This document shows, in pieces, positions 28,562-39,062 of a stretch of DNA of 64,000 bases. A program made the translations under genes and the position numbers. The notes below the pieces were generated by a model. It made no database searches, had not been told where the DNA came from, and saw only the letters and a list, made by a program, of their open reading frames with translations. Numbering within the stretch: the first letter of the stretch is position 1; each line of letters opens with the position of its first letter. The stretch is from Pyrinomonadaceae bacterium (GTDB lineage: Bacteria > Acidobacteriota > Blastocatellia > Pyrinomonadales > Pyrinomonadaceae): assembly GCA_046313635.1 (NCBI GenBank), contig JBKBYA010000006.1, positions 64,001-128,000 on the forward strand, written 5' to 3'.

Positions 28562-30529
28562 ATGCGTGACATTCCAGTCGGCAACGGCTCGCTGCTGATC
28601 GCCTTCGACGATCGTTACCAGATCCGGGACATATACTTTCCGCATGTCGGGCAGGAGAATCACACCGACGGAGCCCCGTCGCGCTTCGGCGTATGGGTCG
28701 ACGGCGAATTCTCTTGGACGTCCTCCGACGAATGGCAGCGGTCGCTGTGCTATCTGCCCGAGACGCTCGTCACAGACGTGCGGCTCACCAACGCGCGGCT
28801 CGGCATCGCGATCGTCGCCAGCGACGCGGTCGCCAGCCACGAGAACGTCTTTCTGCGCCGCATCTCGATCCGCAACCTTAGAGACCAGGAGCGCTCGATA
28901 CGCGTCTTCCTGCACCAGGACCTGCGTATCTACGAGAACAAGGTCGGCGACGCGGTCTATTACGATCCGGAGACGGCGGCGATCGTGCATTATCAGCGAG
29001 ACCGCTACTTTTTGTTCGCGACCCGGCCGCACTTTGAAAGCTTTGCAACGGGCCGCAAAGACTTTGGCGCGCAGGAGGGCACGTGGCGCGACGCCGAGGA
29101 CGGCGAGCTCGCCGGCGGCGTCATCACCGAGGGGTCGGTCGACTCGACCGTCGGCGTTCATCTCTATCTCGGCCCGCAGGGCGAGACGGAGATGAGCTAC
29201 TGGATCGCCGCCGGCAAATGCCACGCCGATGTCGCACGGCTTAATTCACTCGTTCTCAAACGCGGACCGGCGGAATATCTCGACTACACGGCCAACTACT
29301 GGCGCGCCTGGGTAAACAAGAACGACGTCCAGCTCGACGGGCTGCCGATCGACGTCGTCGACCTCTACAAGCGCTCGCTGCTTATCGCGAGGACGCAGGT
29401 GGACAACGGCGGGGCGATCCTCGCGGCCAACGATTCGGACGTAGTACTTCGGGCCAGCGACCATTACAGTTACCTTTGGCCGAGGGACGGCGCGTTCGTC
29501 GCGCATGCCTTCGACCGGGCAGGATTTGCCGAGGTAACGCGGAGGTTCTTTCATCTCTGCGCCGACATCGTCCATCCGAACGGCTACTTTCTGCAGAAGT
29601 ACAATCCCGACGGCACTGTCGCGTCCGGCTGGCACGCCGCTTGGGACCCTCGCCGAAAGGTGTCGCTCGTGCCGATCCAACAGGACGAGACCGCTCTGGT
29701 GCTGTGGGCACTCTGGGAGCATTATCGTCTGCGGCGCGACATCGATTTTGCACATCAGCTGTACACGACGCTCGTCAAGCCGTGCGCCGATTTTATGGTC
29801 GCGTTTCGCGACGACGCGACCGGCCTGCCGCTGCCTAGCTGGAACCTGTGGGAAGATCGCCGCGGAGTTCACACCTTTACATGCTCGACGGTCGTCGCGG
29901 GACTCCGCGCCGCCGCCAACTTTGCACATCTCTTCGCCGAGCACGGCGATGCCGAAGCCTATCGCGAGGCCGCCGGCCGAATGGTCGAGGCGATGGCCCT
30001 GCATCTCTACGACGAGAAGCTCGGCCGGTTTGTCCGCGGACTGCTCGCCGCCGACGACGGCGGCCCGCTCGAGCGCGACACGACGATCGACGCCTCGCTA
30101 TTCGGCCTCTTCTACTTCGGGTGCTTCGACGTCCGCGACAAGCGCGTCGAGTCGACAATGAAAGCGGTCGAGGACGCCCTCTACATCGGCACGGCCGCGT
30201 CCGGGGTCGCTCGCTTTGAGCGCGACAGCTATATGCGTCGGTCGGACGCCGCGACCGGGAACGTCTGGTTCATCTGCACTCTCTGGCTTGCCGAGTACTA
30301 CATCGCGGCAGCCGGCGACGCCGCCGATCTCGCGAGGCCGCTTGAGATGCTGCGGTCGGTCGCGAGGTCGGCCCGCACCTCCGGGGTGCTCGCCGAGCAG
30401 ATGGACCCGGCCACCGGCGAGCACGTCTCGGTCTCGCCGCTCACATGGTCGCACTCGACCTTTGTCGCCGCCGTGCACAGCTACCTCGACAAGCAAGCCG
30501 AACTTGACAAGTCAGGACCACCAGCGTGA
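28562..30529 (+). CDS. Glycoside hydrolase family 15 (glucoamylase-like)
   Basis: YSYLWPRDGA, QQDETA, NLWED, LAEQ, SPLTWSHSTF. Confidence 0.92.
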   Translation: MRDIPVGNGSLLIAFDDRYQIRDIYFPHVGQENHTDGAPSRFGVWVDGEFSWTSSDEWQRSLCYLPETLVTDVRLTNARLGIAIVASDAVASHENVFLRRISIRNLRDQERSIRVFLHQDLRIYENKVGDAVYYDPETAAIVHYQRDRYFLFATRPHFESFATGRKDFGAQEGTWRDAEDGELAGGVITEGSVDSTVGVHLYLGPQGETEMSYWIAAGKCHADVARLNSLVLKRGPAEYLDYTANYWRAWVNKNDVQLDGLPIDVVDLYKRSLLIARTQVDNGGAILAANDSDVVLRASDHYSYLWPRDGAFVAHAFDRAGFAEVTRRFFHLCADIVHPNGYFLQKYNPDGTVASGWHAAWDPRRKVSLVPIQQDETALVLWALWEHYRLRRDIDFAHQLYTTLVKPCADFMVAFRDDATGLPLPSWNLWEDRRGVHTFTCSTVVAGLRAAANFAHLFAEHGDAEAYREAAGRMVEAMALHLYDEKLGRFVRGLLAADDGGPLERDTTIDASLFGLFYFGCFDVRDKRVESTMKAVEDALYIGTAASGVARFERDSYMRRSDAATGNVWFICTLWLAEYYIAAAGDAADLARPLEMLRSVARSARTSGVLAEQMDPATGEHVSVSPLTWSHSTFVAAVHSYLDKQAELDKSGPPA

Positions 30530-30665
30530 GCGGGCGGGCTCTTGGCGCGTTGACCCGTTCGCCGGTCTGGAGGCGAGCTTGAATGCCCGGTCCAAACAGC
30601 TCGTCATCCGTCTCTAAGCCCGCCAATTTCGCCTGCCTCGGCGTTGTAACGTAAACTTACCCTTT

Positions 30666-32114
30666 ATGCGCAGAGCAAAGATCCTGGCCACTCTCGGCCC
30701 TTCATCCAACACACCCGAGGTCCTCGAGCGGATGCTGCGTGCGGGCGTCAACGCCGTTCGCATCAATATGTCTCACGGCACCCGGGAGGAGCACTCCGAG
30801 ACCGTCCGCGTCGCCCGCGCCGCCGCCGCCCGGCTCGGGCTGCCGCTCGCCGTTCTGGTCGATCTCTCGGGCCCGAAGATACGCACCCGAACGCTGCAGG
30901 ACGGCAAGCCCGTCCGGCTGGTGGCCGGCGACGAGTTTACGCTTACGACCGACGACACGGTCGGCAACGCGGCTCGTGTCTCGACCAATTTCGCGCAGCT
31001 GCCCGACGCCGTCGAGCGCGGCGCACGCATCCTCATCGACGACGGCGCCATCGAGCTCCGCGTCGAATCAAAGACCGCGACGGACGTGACCGGCCGCGTC
31101 ATCGTCGGCGGGATGCTCAACGAACGCAAGGGCATCAACCTGCCCAATACGCCGCTGCCGATACCGTCGATGACCGACAAGGACCACGCCGACCTCGAAT
31201 GGGCGATGGAGCAGAATGTCGACTATATCGCGCTCTCGTTTGTGCGGACGGCCGACGACTGCCGCCAGGCGCGCGAACGTATCAAGCAGCTCAATCGCCG
31301 AAAGCTCGGCCGCCCGCTGCTCGTTGCCAAGATCGAAAAGGCCGAGGCCATTGAGAATCTCGACGAGATCATCCAGGAGGCCGACGGCCTGATGGTGGCC
31401 CGCGGCGATCTCGGCGTCGAGACGAGCGTCGAGCTCGTTCCGGTCTATCAAAAACTCATTATCGAAAAGGCCGTGGCCAACGACCGGTTTGTCATCACTG
31501 CGACGCAGATGCTGCAGTCGATGATCGACAATCCCTTCCCGACCCGGGCCGAGGCCTCGGACGTCGCCAACGCCGTGTGGGACGGCACCGACGCCGTAAT
31601 GCTCTCGGCCGAGACCGCATCGGGCCGGTATCCGGTCGAGGCGATCGACACGATGGTCCGCATCATCACGTCGGCTGAGTCGATCACGCCCGATCAGCTC
31701 AAGCAGCCCGTCAAGATCGCGCAGCCGCCGTCGGGCCGTACGAGCCAGGCGCTGTGCAAGGCCGCCGTCTTTGCCGCAAAGGAGCGCATCACCGAGAAGG
31801 TCGCCGTCTTTACCGACTCGGGTCTGATGGCGCGGCGGCTGTCGAGCTTTCGCTCGGGCCTGCGCACATTTGCTCTAACGACCTCGGCCGACGCGTGCAA
31901 TCAACTGTCGCTTATCTGGGGCGTGCAGCCTTTTGTTTACCAAGCACCGCACTCGACCGAAGAACTCCTCATCACCGGCGAAAAAAAGCTGATCGAAGAG
32001 AAGATCGTCGAGCACGGCGAGACCATCATCATGATGGCCGGCCGCCTCTCAGGCCACGGCCTCTCAAGCTCGGTCGTCGTCTGGACGATCGGGGAAGAGA
32101 TCGCAAGCAGGTGA
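30666..32114 (+). CDS. pyk: Pyruvate kinase
   Basis: KILATLGP, RINMSHG, AKIEK, MVARGDLGVE, ATQMLQSM, PTRAEASDVANA. Confidence 0.97.
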   Translation: MRRAKILATLGPSSNTPEVLERMLRAGVNAVRINMSHGTREEHSETVRVARAAAARLGLPLAVLVDLSGPKIRTRTLQDGKPVRLVAGDEFTLTTDDTVGNAARVSTNFAQLPDAVERGARILIDDGAIELRVESKTATDVTGRVIVGGMLNERKGINLPNTPLPIPSMTDKDHADLEWAMEQNVDYIALSFVRTADDCRQARERIKQLNRRKLGRPLLVAKIEKAEAIENLDEIIQEADGLMVARGDLGVETSVELVPVYQKLIIEKAVANDRFVITATQMLQSMIDNPFPTRAEASDVANAVWDGTDAVMLSAETASGRYPVEAIDTMVRIITSAESITPDQLKQPVKIAQPPSGRTSQALCKAAVFAAKERITEKVAVFTDSGLMARRLSSFRSGLRTFALTTSADACNQLSLIWGVQPFVYQAPHSTEELLITGEKKLIEEKIVEHGETIIMMAGRLSGHGLSSSVVVWTIGEEIASR

Positions 32115-32153
32115 GCGAAGGGATGAGGGCGGAGGGATGAGGGATGAGGGATA
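32110..32153. repeat. Heptamer array (AGGGATG), left arm of an inverted pair around four-helix-bundle gene 2
   Basis: ggtgagcg-a-agggatg-agggcgg-agggatg-agggatg-agggata; includes the pyk stop codon. Confidence 0.92.
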
Positions 32154-32160
32154 GAGGAAT

Positions 32161-32571
32161 TTACCTGTCTCTTGCACGTGTCTTTACCTTGTTTACCATC
32201 GAGGTAAAGATCGCGATCAGTTCATCAGTTTCCTTGATCAAGGCATCGAGCCGGCCAGCCGGGACATAGCCGCCGTCGACAAGTAATTCCAACCAGTAAT
32301 CGCTCTCGTCCAGCTCCTGGATCGCGCCTTCGATCTTGCTGATGAAGTCAGCGTTGGATTTTGCGCGACATGCTTCGCGATACTGCGCCCCCGGCGACGT
32401 CGCGGAACGAGCAAGCTGATGAGCGATGATCTGCACGGCTCCCGATCGCGGCAGCGAATCGTATAGCTTCAAAACTCTCAGCCCGTAATCCTTCAGCCGC
32501 TTACGCAACGCGATCTGCTTTTTACTCCGATCATCAAATTGACCACTGTCGTCCGTGACTCTTTCTTTCAT
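32161..32571 (-). CDS. Four helix bundle protein (23S rRNA IVP / TIGR02436-like), copy 2
   Basis: LRKRLKDYGLRVLKLYDSLP...QLARSATSPGAQYREACRAKSNADFISKIEGAIQELDESDYWLELL. Confidence 0.92.
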   Translation of the reverse strand: MKERVTDDSGQFDDRSKKQIALRKRLKDYGLRVLKLYDSLPRSGAVQIIAHQLARSATSPGAQYREACRAKSNADFISKIEGAIQELDESDYWLELLVDGGYVPAGRLDALIKETDELIAIFTSMVNKVKTRARDR

Positions 32572-32607
32572 CCCTCATCCCTCCGCCCTCATCCCTCAAC
32601 GCTCACC
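32568..32607. repeat. Heptamer array (CATCCCT), right arm; 29-bp perfect reverse complement of 32119-32147
   Basis: t-catccct-catccct-ccgccct-catccct-caa-cgctcacc; contains the FHB start codon and the VIT1 stop codon. Confidence 0.92.
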
Positions 32608-33322
32608 CCACCGCTGTCCCAAACAACTTCCCCACGATCGCGGTCGCGGCCATTGCTACGGCTCCCCAAAAGAGGACCCTGAGGCTTCCCGACCGCATGC
32701 TTGCGCCGCCGGCACGCGCGGCGGCCGCGCCGAGCATCGCTAAAAAGGCGAGCGAAGCCGCGGCCAGGACCGGGATCAGCCACGCCCCATGAGCGGCAAA
32801 TGCGACGACGAGCGGCAGCGCGGCGCCGCACGCAAAGCTCACCGCAGAGAAGCCCGCCGCCTGCAGCGGTCGTGCGCTGAGGGTCTCGGTGATGCCGAGC
32901 TCGTCGCGAGCATGCGCTTCGAGCGCGTCGTGTGCGGTCATCTGCTCGGCGACCTGACGCGCGAGACGCGGTTCGACGCCGCGGCGAACGTAAATTCCGG
33001 CCAGCTCCATCAGCTCGCCTTCGGGATCGACCTCGAGCTCTAACTTTTCGCGGTCGAGATCGGCACGCTCGGTGTCGGCCTGCGAATACACCGAGACATA
33101 CTCGCCGGCCGCCATCGACATCGCTCCCGCGACAAGCCCGGCGAGCCCGGCCAGCAGGATGCTCTCGCGCGTCGCGCCGGCCGCGGCGACGCCGATCAGC
33201 AGGCTCGCGGTCGACACGATGCCGTCATTTGCGCCGAGGACGGCCGCCCGCAGCCATCCGACGTGTCCGATGCGATGCCCTTCCGACTTCTTTTGCTGGT
33301 GAAAGGTTTGGTGTGAGCTCAT
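32603..33322 (-). CDS. VIT1/CCC1 family iron/manganese transporter
   Basis: GWLRAAVLGANDGIVS, AGAMSMAAGEYVSV, AHARDELG. Confidence 0.93.
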   Translation of the reverse strand: MSSHQTFHQQKKSEGHRIGHVGWLRAAVLGANDGIVSTASLLIGVAAAGATRESILLAGLAGLVAGAMSMAAGEYVSVYSQADTERADLDREKLELEVDPEGELMELAGIYVRRGVEPRLARQVAEQMTAHDALEAHARDELGITETLSARPLQAAGFSAVSFACGAALPLVVAFAAHGAWLIPVLAAASLAFLAMLGAAAARAGGASMRSGSLRVLFWGAVAMAATAIVGKLFGTAVG

Positions 33323-33374
33323 TGTTAGAAACGGCGTGACTGACCTTTGCTTTCGAGCCCTGATTTTACGCGAG

Positions 33375-33956
33375 TCACTGGTGATATTTTGAAGCGAGGC
33401 TGCGGCGGCCCCAGCGGAGAGCGGTCGCCATCCATACGAGCTCGTCGAGGAAGCCTTGCACCCGCCGCTCGTACGCCTCGTCGAGCAGAGTCCCATGCTC
33501 GTCAAACTTCTTGTGCGCCTGCGGAAAGTTAAGATCGGTGAATGTCACGACGAGTCCCAGCTCACGGACCATCGGAACGCACGCTTCGATCGCACGCGTC
33601 CCGCCCCACGGACCGTTGGTCACGCCGACGAGGGCGACGGCCTTGTGAATGTACTCCTTGAGCAGCAGGTCGAGGACGCTTTTGAGCGTACCCGGATAGC
33701 CGTGGTTGTATTCCGGCAAGACGATCACGAGGCCGTCGGCCTCGACGATGGCGTCCCGCCATTCCGGAAAGAGGTGTGCGATCTCGGTGCCGTAATGATC
33801 TCGAGGCAGGTCAAAGTCGCGCACGTCGAAGAATCGCGATTCGATGTCGTCGCGCTCCTTCATCTTTTTGTGCACCCAGCGGGCCACATTCTCGCTGGCG
33901 CGGCCCTGGCGTGGCGTGCCGAGGATGATCGGGATCTTTAGCGTCTCGTCAGTCAT
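33375..33956 (-). CDS. NADPH-dependent FMN reductase
   Basis: ILGTPRQGRAS, PEYNHGYPGTLKSVLD, WGGTRA. Confidence 0.9.
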   Translation of the reverse strand: MTDETLKIPIILGTPRQGRASENVARWVHKKMKERDDIESRFFDVRDFDLPRDHYGTEIAHLFPEWRDAIVEADGLVIVLPEYNHGYPGTLKSVLDLLLKEYIHKAVALVGVTNGPWGGTRAIEACVPMVRELGLVVTFTDLNFPQAHKKFDEHGTLLDEAYERRVQGFLDELVWMATALRWGRRSLASKYHQ

Positions 33957-33989
33957 CGCGTTTGTATCCAAATGGCGTGCGGTCTTATT

Positions 33990-34892
33990 TCAACGACGCG
34001 ACGGCGGCCGGCCGTTGATCTCGGGGTGAGGGCCCGCGGCAGCGGCCCCAAAGCTCTTTTCGAGACCGCCGGCCGAGATCCATCGGTCGATCATTTCCTG
34101 CGACACGCCCTCGTCGAGCAGGAACGCGCAGAGTTCGTCTCGCTCATACACGCGTATTTCGACCCCGCCGTCCGGCAGGCGTCGGAATTTTGTATTGCCA
34201 AACACGAGATGCGTCCCGTCGACGCCGCCCTTTCTGAAATAGAGCCGCTCGTTGAAAGGGCTCTGCAGCCGCGAAAAGATCTCGTACCGCTCAAAGTAAA
34301 GCTCATCACCCGCCGGGTCGACATCCAGCCGGCACGGCACGTAATCTGCCAGCGGCACAAAGTCGATCCAGACCAGGTGCGTGCCGTCGTCGAGAGGCTC
34401 GACCTCGACACCCATTCTCGCTTCGCTGCCGACATATGGCTCCGACAGGCTCAACGGCAGAGGCGCGTACGAGAGTATCGACGTGTCGACCATCCACTCG
34501 GCGCCGTCGTCGAGCGTGACCTTTACGGTACCGTGATTCACGAGGCCGACGTCGAACATCGAGCCCGCCGACCGCCTCGCCCTGAAGCCGAGCGACACCA
34601 GCAGCGCGTGCAGCGCGCCGCTCGACGGCCAGCACGTCCCGCCGCAGCCGTGCTCGAGCCAGTTCTCAAAGAAATCGCCGGCGTCGAGCCCCGGCATTCG
34701 CCCGCCGTCCGCCAGCGAGATCAGTTTCTGAATGTTGTCGAATGGGACGTTCTCGCACCACGCCGCGTAGACACGCGTCAGCCCCGCGTGATCGAGGCTG
34801 ACCGCCGTCGGCAGCCCGAACCGTTCCATCACGGCGCCAAGCGTCCGCGGATCGAGGACAGAGCCTGCGTGACTCGCGTGAATTTCGTCCAT
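33990..34892 (-). CDS. Arylamine N-acetyltransferase family protein
   Basis: VPFDNI; GGTCW (Cys), NHG (His) and WMVD (Asp) triad. Confidence 0.8.
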   Translation of the reverse strand: MDEIHASHAGSVLDPRTLGAVMERFGLPTAVSLDHAGLTRVYAAWCENVPFDNIQKLISLADGGRMPGLDAGDFFENWLEHGCGGTCWPSSGALHALLVSLGFRARRSAGSMFDVGLVNHGTVKVTLDDGAEWMVDTSILSYAPLPLSLSEPYVGSEARMGVEVEPLDDGTHLVWIDFVPLADYVPCRLDVDPAGDELYFERYEIFSRLQSPFNERLYFRKGGVDGTHLVFGNTKFRRLPDGGVEIRVYERDELCAFLLDEGVSQEMIDRWISAGGLEKSFGAAAAGPHPEINGRPPSRR

Positions 34893-35002
34893 ACGGATCT
34901 TGCGTAATTCAAGCCCGAGGAGCGGTGGGATCCGAGATCTGGCCTGACCGGGCCGATGCGTCGACGCTTGGATCAGAAACTATAATGTCAGCCCGCGGCA
35001 GA

Positions 35003-36028
35003 TCATTCGGCGCCGAGGACCTGGGCGACCGTTTCCTTTTTTAGTCCCTTGCCCGAACGGTTGTTGTAATCGGAGAGCGAGATCTGCGGGTCGCGCCACG
35101 CGTCGAGATGGCCGACCTGATGCACGCACTGGATGGTGCACGTCGGCGCACACCACTTTTCGGTGATGTACTCGCGCTTCATGTCTTCGAAAGTGTATTC
35201 GAGCAGCGGAATGCCGGGCGTGCCTCGCTGCTGCGAGCACCAGCTCACGATGCCGTCCTCGTCGACGTAGAGATACCGCGCGCCGGCACGGCAGCGCCAC
35301 TCGTATTCTTTGCCTTCGGCGAGATTGTCCTGAAACCAGTTCCAGCGGGCGTACGAGCGGGTGCCGAGCGCCTTGACCTGCTTGTAAACGTCCTTTTCGT
35401 GATCGCTCAGGCCCTTGAGCAGTCCCATCTCGTCGTGCAGCACGCCGACCGTCGACGAAAATCCGAGCTCGACCGCGCGCTTGGCGATGACGAGAGCGTC
35501 GTCCGGATCCTTCACGCCGCTGCCGAGTACCGAATTGATGTTTACCTTGAACTTGGCGTGATCGCGCAGATTCTTGAGCTTGCCGTCAAGGACCTTGAGG
35601 CTCTTTTTCGAGACGTCGTCGGGATTGACGTTGTCGATCGAGATCTGCAGATAATCGAGCCCGGCCTCGTTGAGCTTTTGGATCTTTTCGACCTGAAAGT
35701 AGTAGCCGTTCGAGATCAATCCCGCGATCATCCCGTGATGCCGAATGCGCGCGATGATGTCGTAGATGTCCGGATGCATCATCGGCTCGCCGCCCGAGAT
35801 CGTGACGACCGACGTGCCGAATTCGGCGAGCTTGTCGATGCGCTTGAGCATCGTCTCGATCGGCACCGGGTCTGATGTCTTGTCGTATTCGTTGCAGTAG
35901 GCGCACGAGAGATTGCACCGCCGCATCGGTACGATGTGCACGAGCACCGGATGCCTGGTCGACGCAAAGGCCCGCACCGTGTGACGCACGCCGCGCGTGA
36001 ACCTGCTAAAACTACTCGCTTTGGGCAT
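35003..36028 (-). CDS. Radical SAM protein with C-terminal twitch/SPASM-like cysteines
   Basis: [17 protein letters not shown]...WC...CAPTCTIQC. Confidence 0.9.
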   Translation of the reverse strand: MPKASSFSRFTRGVRHTVRAFASTRHPVLVHIVPMRRCNLSCAYCNEYDKTSDPVPIETMLKRIDKLAEFGTSVVTISGGEPMMHPDIYDIIARIRHHGMIAGLISNGYYFQVEKIQKLNEAGLDYLQISIDNVNPDDVSKKSLKVLDGKLKNLRDHAKFKVNINSVLGSGVKDPDDALVIAKRAVELGFSSTVGVLHDEMGLLKGLSDHEKDVYKQVKALGTRSYARWNWFQDNLAEGKEYEWRCRAGARYLYVDEDGIVSWCSQQRGTPGIPLLEYTFEDMKREYITEKWCAPTCTIQCVHQVGHLDAWRDPQISLSDYNNRSGKGLKKETVAQVLGAE

Positions 36029-36151
36029 AAGATCGGAATCGTGAGCTCTGACTCAAAGGCGTAATTATAAGTACTGCGCAATGGCTTCGCAAACAAGCGA
36101 AAAGGCCCGGCCAGAGCCGACCGGGCCTCGAAAGTCCTTTGATCGACCGGA

Positions 36152-36850
36152 TCAGCCCTCGATCTTTTTGACGTTCTTGGGCAGCTGGAGATCGAAGATC
36201 TGGGCGTTGATCTTGACGTTCTTTTCGATCTTGCTCAGCAGCACCGTCGTCGTATCGTTATTCTGCTCGATGACCTTGGCCTGGACCGGCATCCCGTTGG
36301 CGTCGACCCACAGCTCGGCCGATCTGTAGCTTGTCTTTGAGTTCGGGATAAGCTCGAGGTGCCAAGCCTTGACGCCGCCGCTGACGGTCTCTTCGCCGAG
36401 GTAGTTGACCTTGTAATTCGCCTGAAGCTGGGCCTTGGACATACCCATAAAGGCGAGTGCTCCGCCGGCGGCACCTTTATTCTTGGCCTTGTCGACCTTG
36501 CCCTCGATCACCGTATTGAGCCGCGGGCGAAAGAGCTGATAGCGATCGCCGATCACGACCATCCGCTCCTCGGCCGGCTTGGTCCAGTCGAGTCTGACGT
36601 ACATTCCGCGCTTGCCGGTCTTTGGCAGGTAATTGGTCACGCCCACCGATGTATCGCTCTCTCCCAAGACCGCGTCGGTCTTGACCATCGTCACGTCGGC
36701 CTTGAGCGAAGTGAGCGCCTTGTTGTGCGCATCCATCCGGTTAAGGATCTCGCGAAGGACGCCCTGCGCCCGCGCCTCCCCACCGCCGAAGGCGGCGAAT
36801 GCGGTCACCACGACCGCCGTCACAAAAGCAGATCTTATGATTCCTTTCAT
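36152..36850 (-). CDS. Outer membrane lipoprotein carrier, LolA-like protein
   Basis: Signal peptide, 'RLDWTKPAEERMVVIGD', 'LELIP', 'ELWVD', C-terminal 'IFDLQLPKNVK'. Confidence 0.75.
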   Translation of the reverse strand: MKGIIRSAFVTAVVVTAFAAFGGGEARAQGVLREILNRMDAHNKALTSLKADVTMVKTDAVLGESDTSVGVTNYLPKTGKRGMYVRLDWTKPAEERMVVIGDRYQLFRPRLNTVIEGKVDKAKNKGAAGGALAFMGMSKAQLQANYKVNYLGEETVSGGVKAWHLELIPNSKTSYRSAELWVDANGMPVQAKVIEQNNDTTTVLLSKIEKNVKINAQIFDLQLPKNVKKIEG

Positions 36851-36881
36851 ACAAATTCTCCGAGAGTTCTGACGCCGAATA

Positions 36882-37094
36882 TTACTTATCGTGAGTATTA
36901 ATTTCAGCCTGTCGAAGCTGCAGGCGTGTCGGCTGTTCGGTTTTGACGGCCGCCGTCTGCGGACGGGTTGCAAGCTTTTCCCGGCCGTCGAACCACTCTT
37001 TCGGCGTCAAAAAGATGAACGCGATTATCATCAGGCAGAATATGTCGTACTGCCAGGTTCCCCGCTCGTAGTCCCATAGGATCCAACGCTTCAT
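36882..37094 (-). CDS. Small single-TM protein
   Basis: MKRWILWDYERGTWQYDIFCLMIIAFIFLTP; sits in the operon with GAGGAGG upstream. Confidence 0.65.
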   Translation of the reverse strand: MKRWILWDYERGTWQYDIFCLMIIAFIFLTPKEWFDGREKLATRPQTAAVKTEQPTRLQLRQAEINTHDK

Positions 37095-37107
37095 CGCCTA
37101 TGCCTCC

Positions 37108-37779
37108 TCATTCGACGACGCGGCCGTCGCGCATCTGGATCGTCCGCGAGCACGCCGCGGCGGCCTCGGGATTGTGCGTGATCATTACGATCGTCTGGTT
37201 AAACTTTGCGTTGAGCTCGCGAAACATCTCGAGCACGATCTCGGAATTTTCCGTATCGAGATTCCCTGTCGGCTCGTCGGCGAGGATGATCGCCGGATTG
37301 TTGATCACCGCGCGTGCGAGCGCGACGCGCTGCTGCTCGCCGCCCGAGAGCTCAAGCGGCTTGTGATGCATCTTGTCCTCGAGCTTGAGCAGACGCAGCG
37401 TCTCGCGGCGCTTTTCGGGATCGGTGTGATTCCCGGTATGGATCTTTTCGGCAAGCTTGAGATTGCCGTCGGCCGTCAGGGTCGGAAACAGATTGAAACG
37501 CTGAAAGACAAATCCGATCTTTCGCCGCCGAATGTCGGTCCTCTCGGCGTCGGTCACCGTCGAGAGGTCCTCGCCGTCGATGATGATCCTGCCGCTCGTC
37601 GGGCTCAGCAGGCCGCCGAGCAGATGCAGGAGCGTCGACTTGCCGCAGCCCGACGGGCCCATTATCGCGACAAACTCGCCGCGGGCGATCTCGAGCGAGA
37701 CGCCCTTGAGCGCCGGCACGTCGATCTTGCCGACACGGTAAGATTTGGTCAGGTCTTGCGTCCTTACGATCGGGTCCAT
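37108..37779 (-). CDS. ABC transporter ATP-binding protein (LolD/MacB-like)
   Basis: [34 protein letters not shown]. Confidence 0.93.
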   Translation of the reverse strand: MDPIVRTQDLTKSYRVGKIDVPALKGVSLEIARGEFVAIMGPSGCGKSTLLHLLGGLLSPTSGRIIIDGEDLSTVTDAERTDIRRRKIGFVFQRFNLFPTLTADGNLKLAEKIHTGNHTDPEKRRETLRLLKLEDKMHHKPLELSGGEQQRVALARAVINNPAIILADEPTGNLDTENSEIVLEMFRELNAKFNQTIVMITHNPEAAAACSRTIQMRDGRVVE

Positions 37780-37795
37780 AAATTCGGCTGCGACG

Positions 37796-38917
37796 TTATT
37801 GCGGCTGGCGCTGCAGCGCCTTGTTCGTCTCGTCTCGAGCGGCGTCGGCCGCCGCAACCGCGTCCTTCAACTTCTTGTCGAGATCGATCTCCTCGAGCTG
37901 CCAGGTATTCTGCAGGACGAAGGCGGCGTCGGGATATGTCTTGCCGATCGACACGGCGTCAGGCGTCTGGTACGTCAGGCTCATCGTGTACCGCTCGCGC
38001 GGCCGCGTGACGCGGATCATCAGCGGCAGATTGGTATATTCCGAGGTCGACGTGAGCGTGCCCTCGCGGCCGTAAGTGATGTCCGACTCGATCTCGCCGG
38101 CCTGATCAAAGATCTGCTGCCGGGCAAGCCTGATCCCGCCCACGCGATCGAACCAGAACCGCCGCTCGACGTGCAGCGAGCCGTCGTCTCGACGCGTGAT
38201 CTCGTCGAGCAGGTAGTAGCCGCGCATGACCTTTCGCAGCGGCGATTTGGTCTTTTGCGTCTCGTCCTCTTCGACCTGAAAGACGGTGCTCTGCAGGTAC
38301 ATCTTTCCGGCGTCGGTCGGCCGCACGAGCAGCGCGTCGGTGAAGTGCTGCGGGCGCAGATTGGCAAACGAATTGACGCTCGCCCGCGTCATCTTGTTCG
38401 AGTCGAGATCTGAGACGCCGAGATCCTTCTGAAGCCGAGAATAATCGGCCTTGTTGGTGCCCTTAACAAACTTTTTGTATTTGCCGCTGCCGCCGTCGTT
38501 AAGTATCGCGACCCTGAAGGTCTCGCCGTCGCTCGTCATCTGTGCGATGTCGGTCTTGATGATCGGCGCCTGCACCTTGAGCAAGATCTTGCCCGGCCTC
38601 TGCACGACGACCTCGCCGTCGGCCGAGCGATAGACCTCTTTGCTGCCGAACTGCGCGAACGAGTCGTCCTCGAATTTGAGGTCCATCTTTGCCCGCATCG
38701 AGTTGACGCGCGCAAAGCGGTTGACCTCGCCGACCAGCTGGTCCATCGAGGCGTTCTCGGTCTTGAGCAGAGTAGGGGTCTTGCTCTCCTTTTTGACGAT
38801 GTTGCACCCGGCACCTGCGCTCGCCAGCGCAAGGGCGAGGATCGTCAGCCTGGCAAAGTTGTTGTATCGGGCAAACAGCACTAGCTTGTGATGACTCTTT
38901 GGTCCGCGTTGTTGCAT
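37796..38917 (-). CDS. Lipoprotein of unknown function (possible LolA/LolB-like beta fold)
   Basis: Lipobox GAGC after a hydrophobic helix; beta-strand-rich body. Confidence 0.65.
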   Translation of the reverse strand: MQQRGPKSHHKLVLFARYNNFARLTILALALASAGAGCNIVKKESKTPTLLKTENASMDQLVGEVNRFARVNSMRAKMDLKFEDDSFAQFGSKEVYRSADGEVVVQRPGKILLKVQAPIIKTDIAQMTSDGETFRVAILNDGGSGKYKKFVKGTNKADYSRLQKDLGVSDLDSNKMTRASVNSFANLRPQHFTDALLVRPTDAGKMYLQSTVFQVEEDETQKTKSPLRKVMRGYYLLDEITRRDDGSLHVERRFWFDRVGGIRLARQQIFDQAGEIESDITYGREGTLTSTSEYTNLPLMIRVTRPRERYTMSLTYQTPDAVSIGKTYPDAAFVLQNTWQLEEIDLDKKLKDAVAAADAARDETNKALQRQPQ

Positions 38918-39062
38918 TATCGAATCTCGCGAATAAAACGGCACCAAAGTATCAAATCCGAGATGTTAACACGGCGTAATTTCGCCGCCTAATCAATGAA
39001 ATACGCGGACCGCAGGCTCGTGAGAGGCCGTGCTGGTCCGCGCCGGAAATGATCCGATCTGT

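Noticed and set aside
32161..32571. 23S rRNA intervening sequence in the literal sense
   Set aside because: None of the FHB genes is flanked by rRNA sequence; the neighbours are protein-coding genes.
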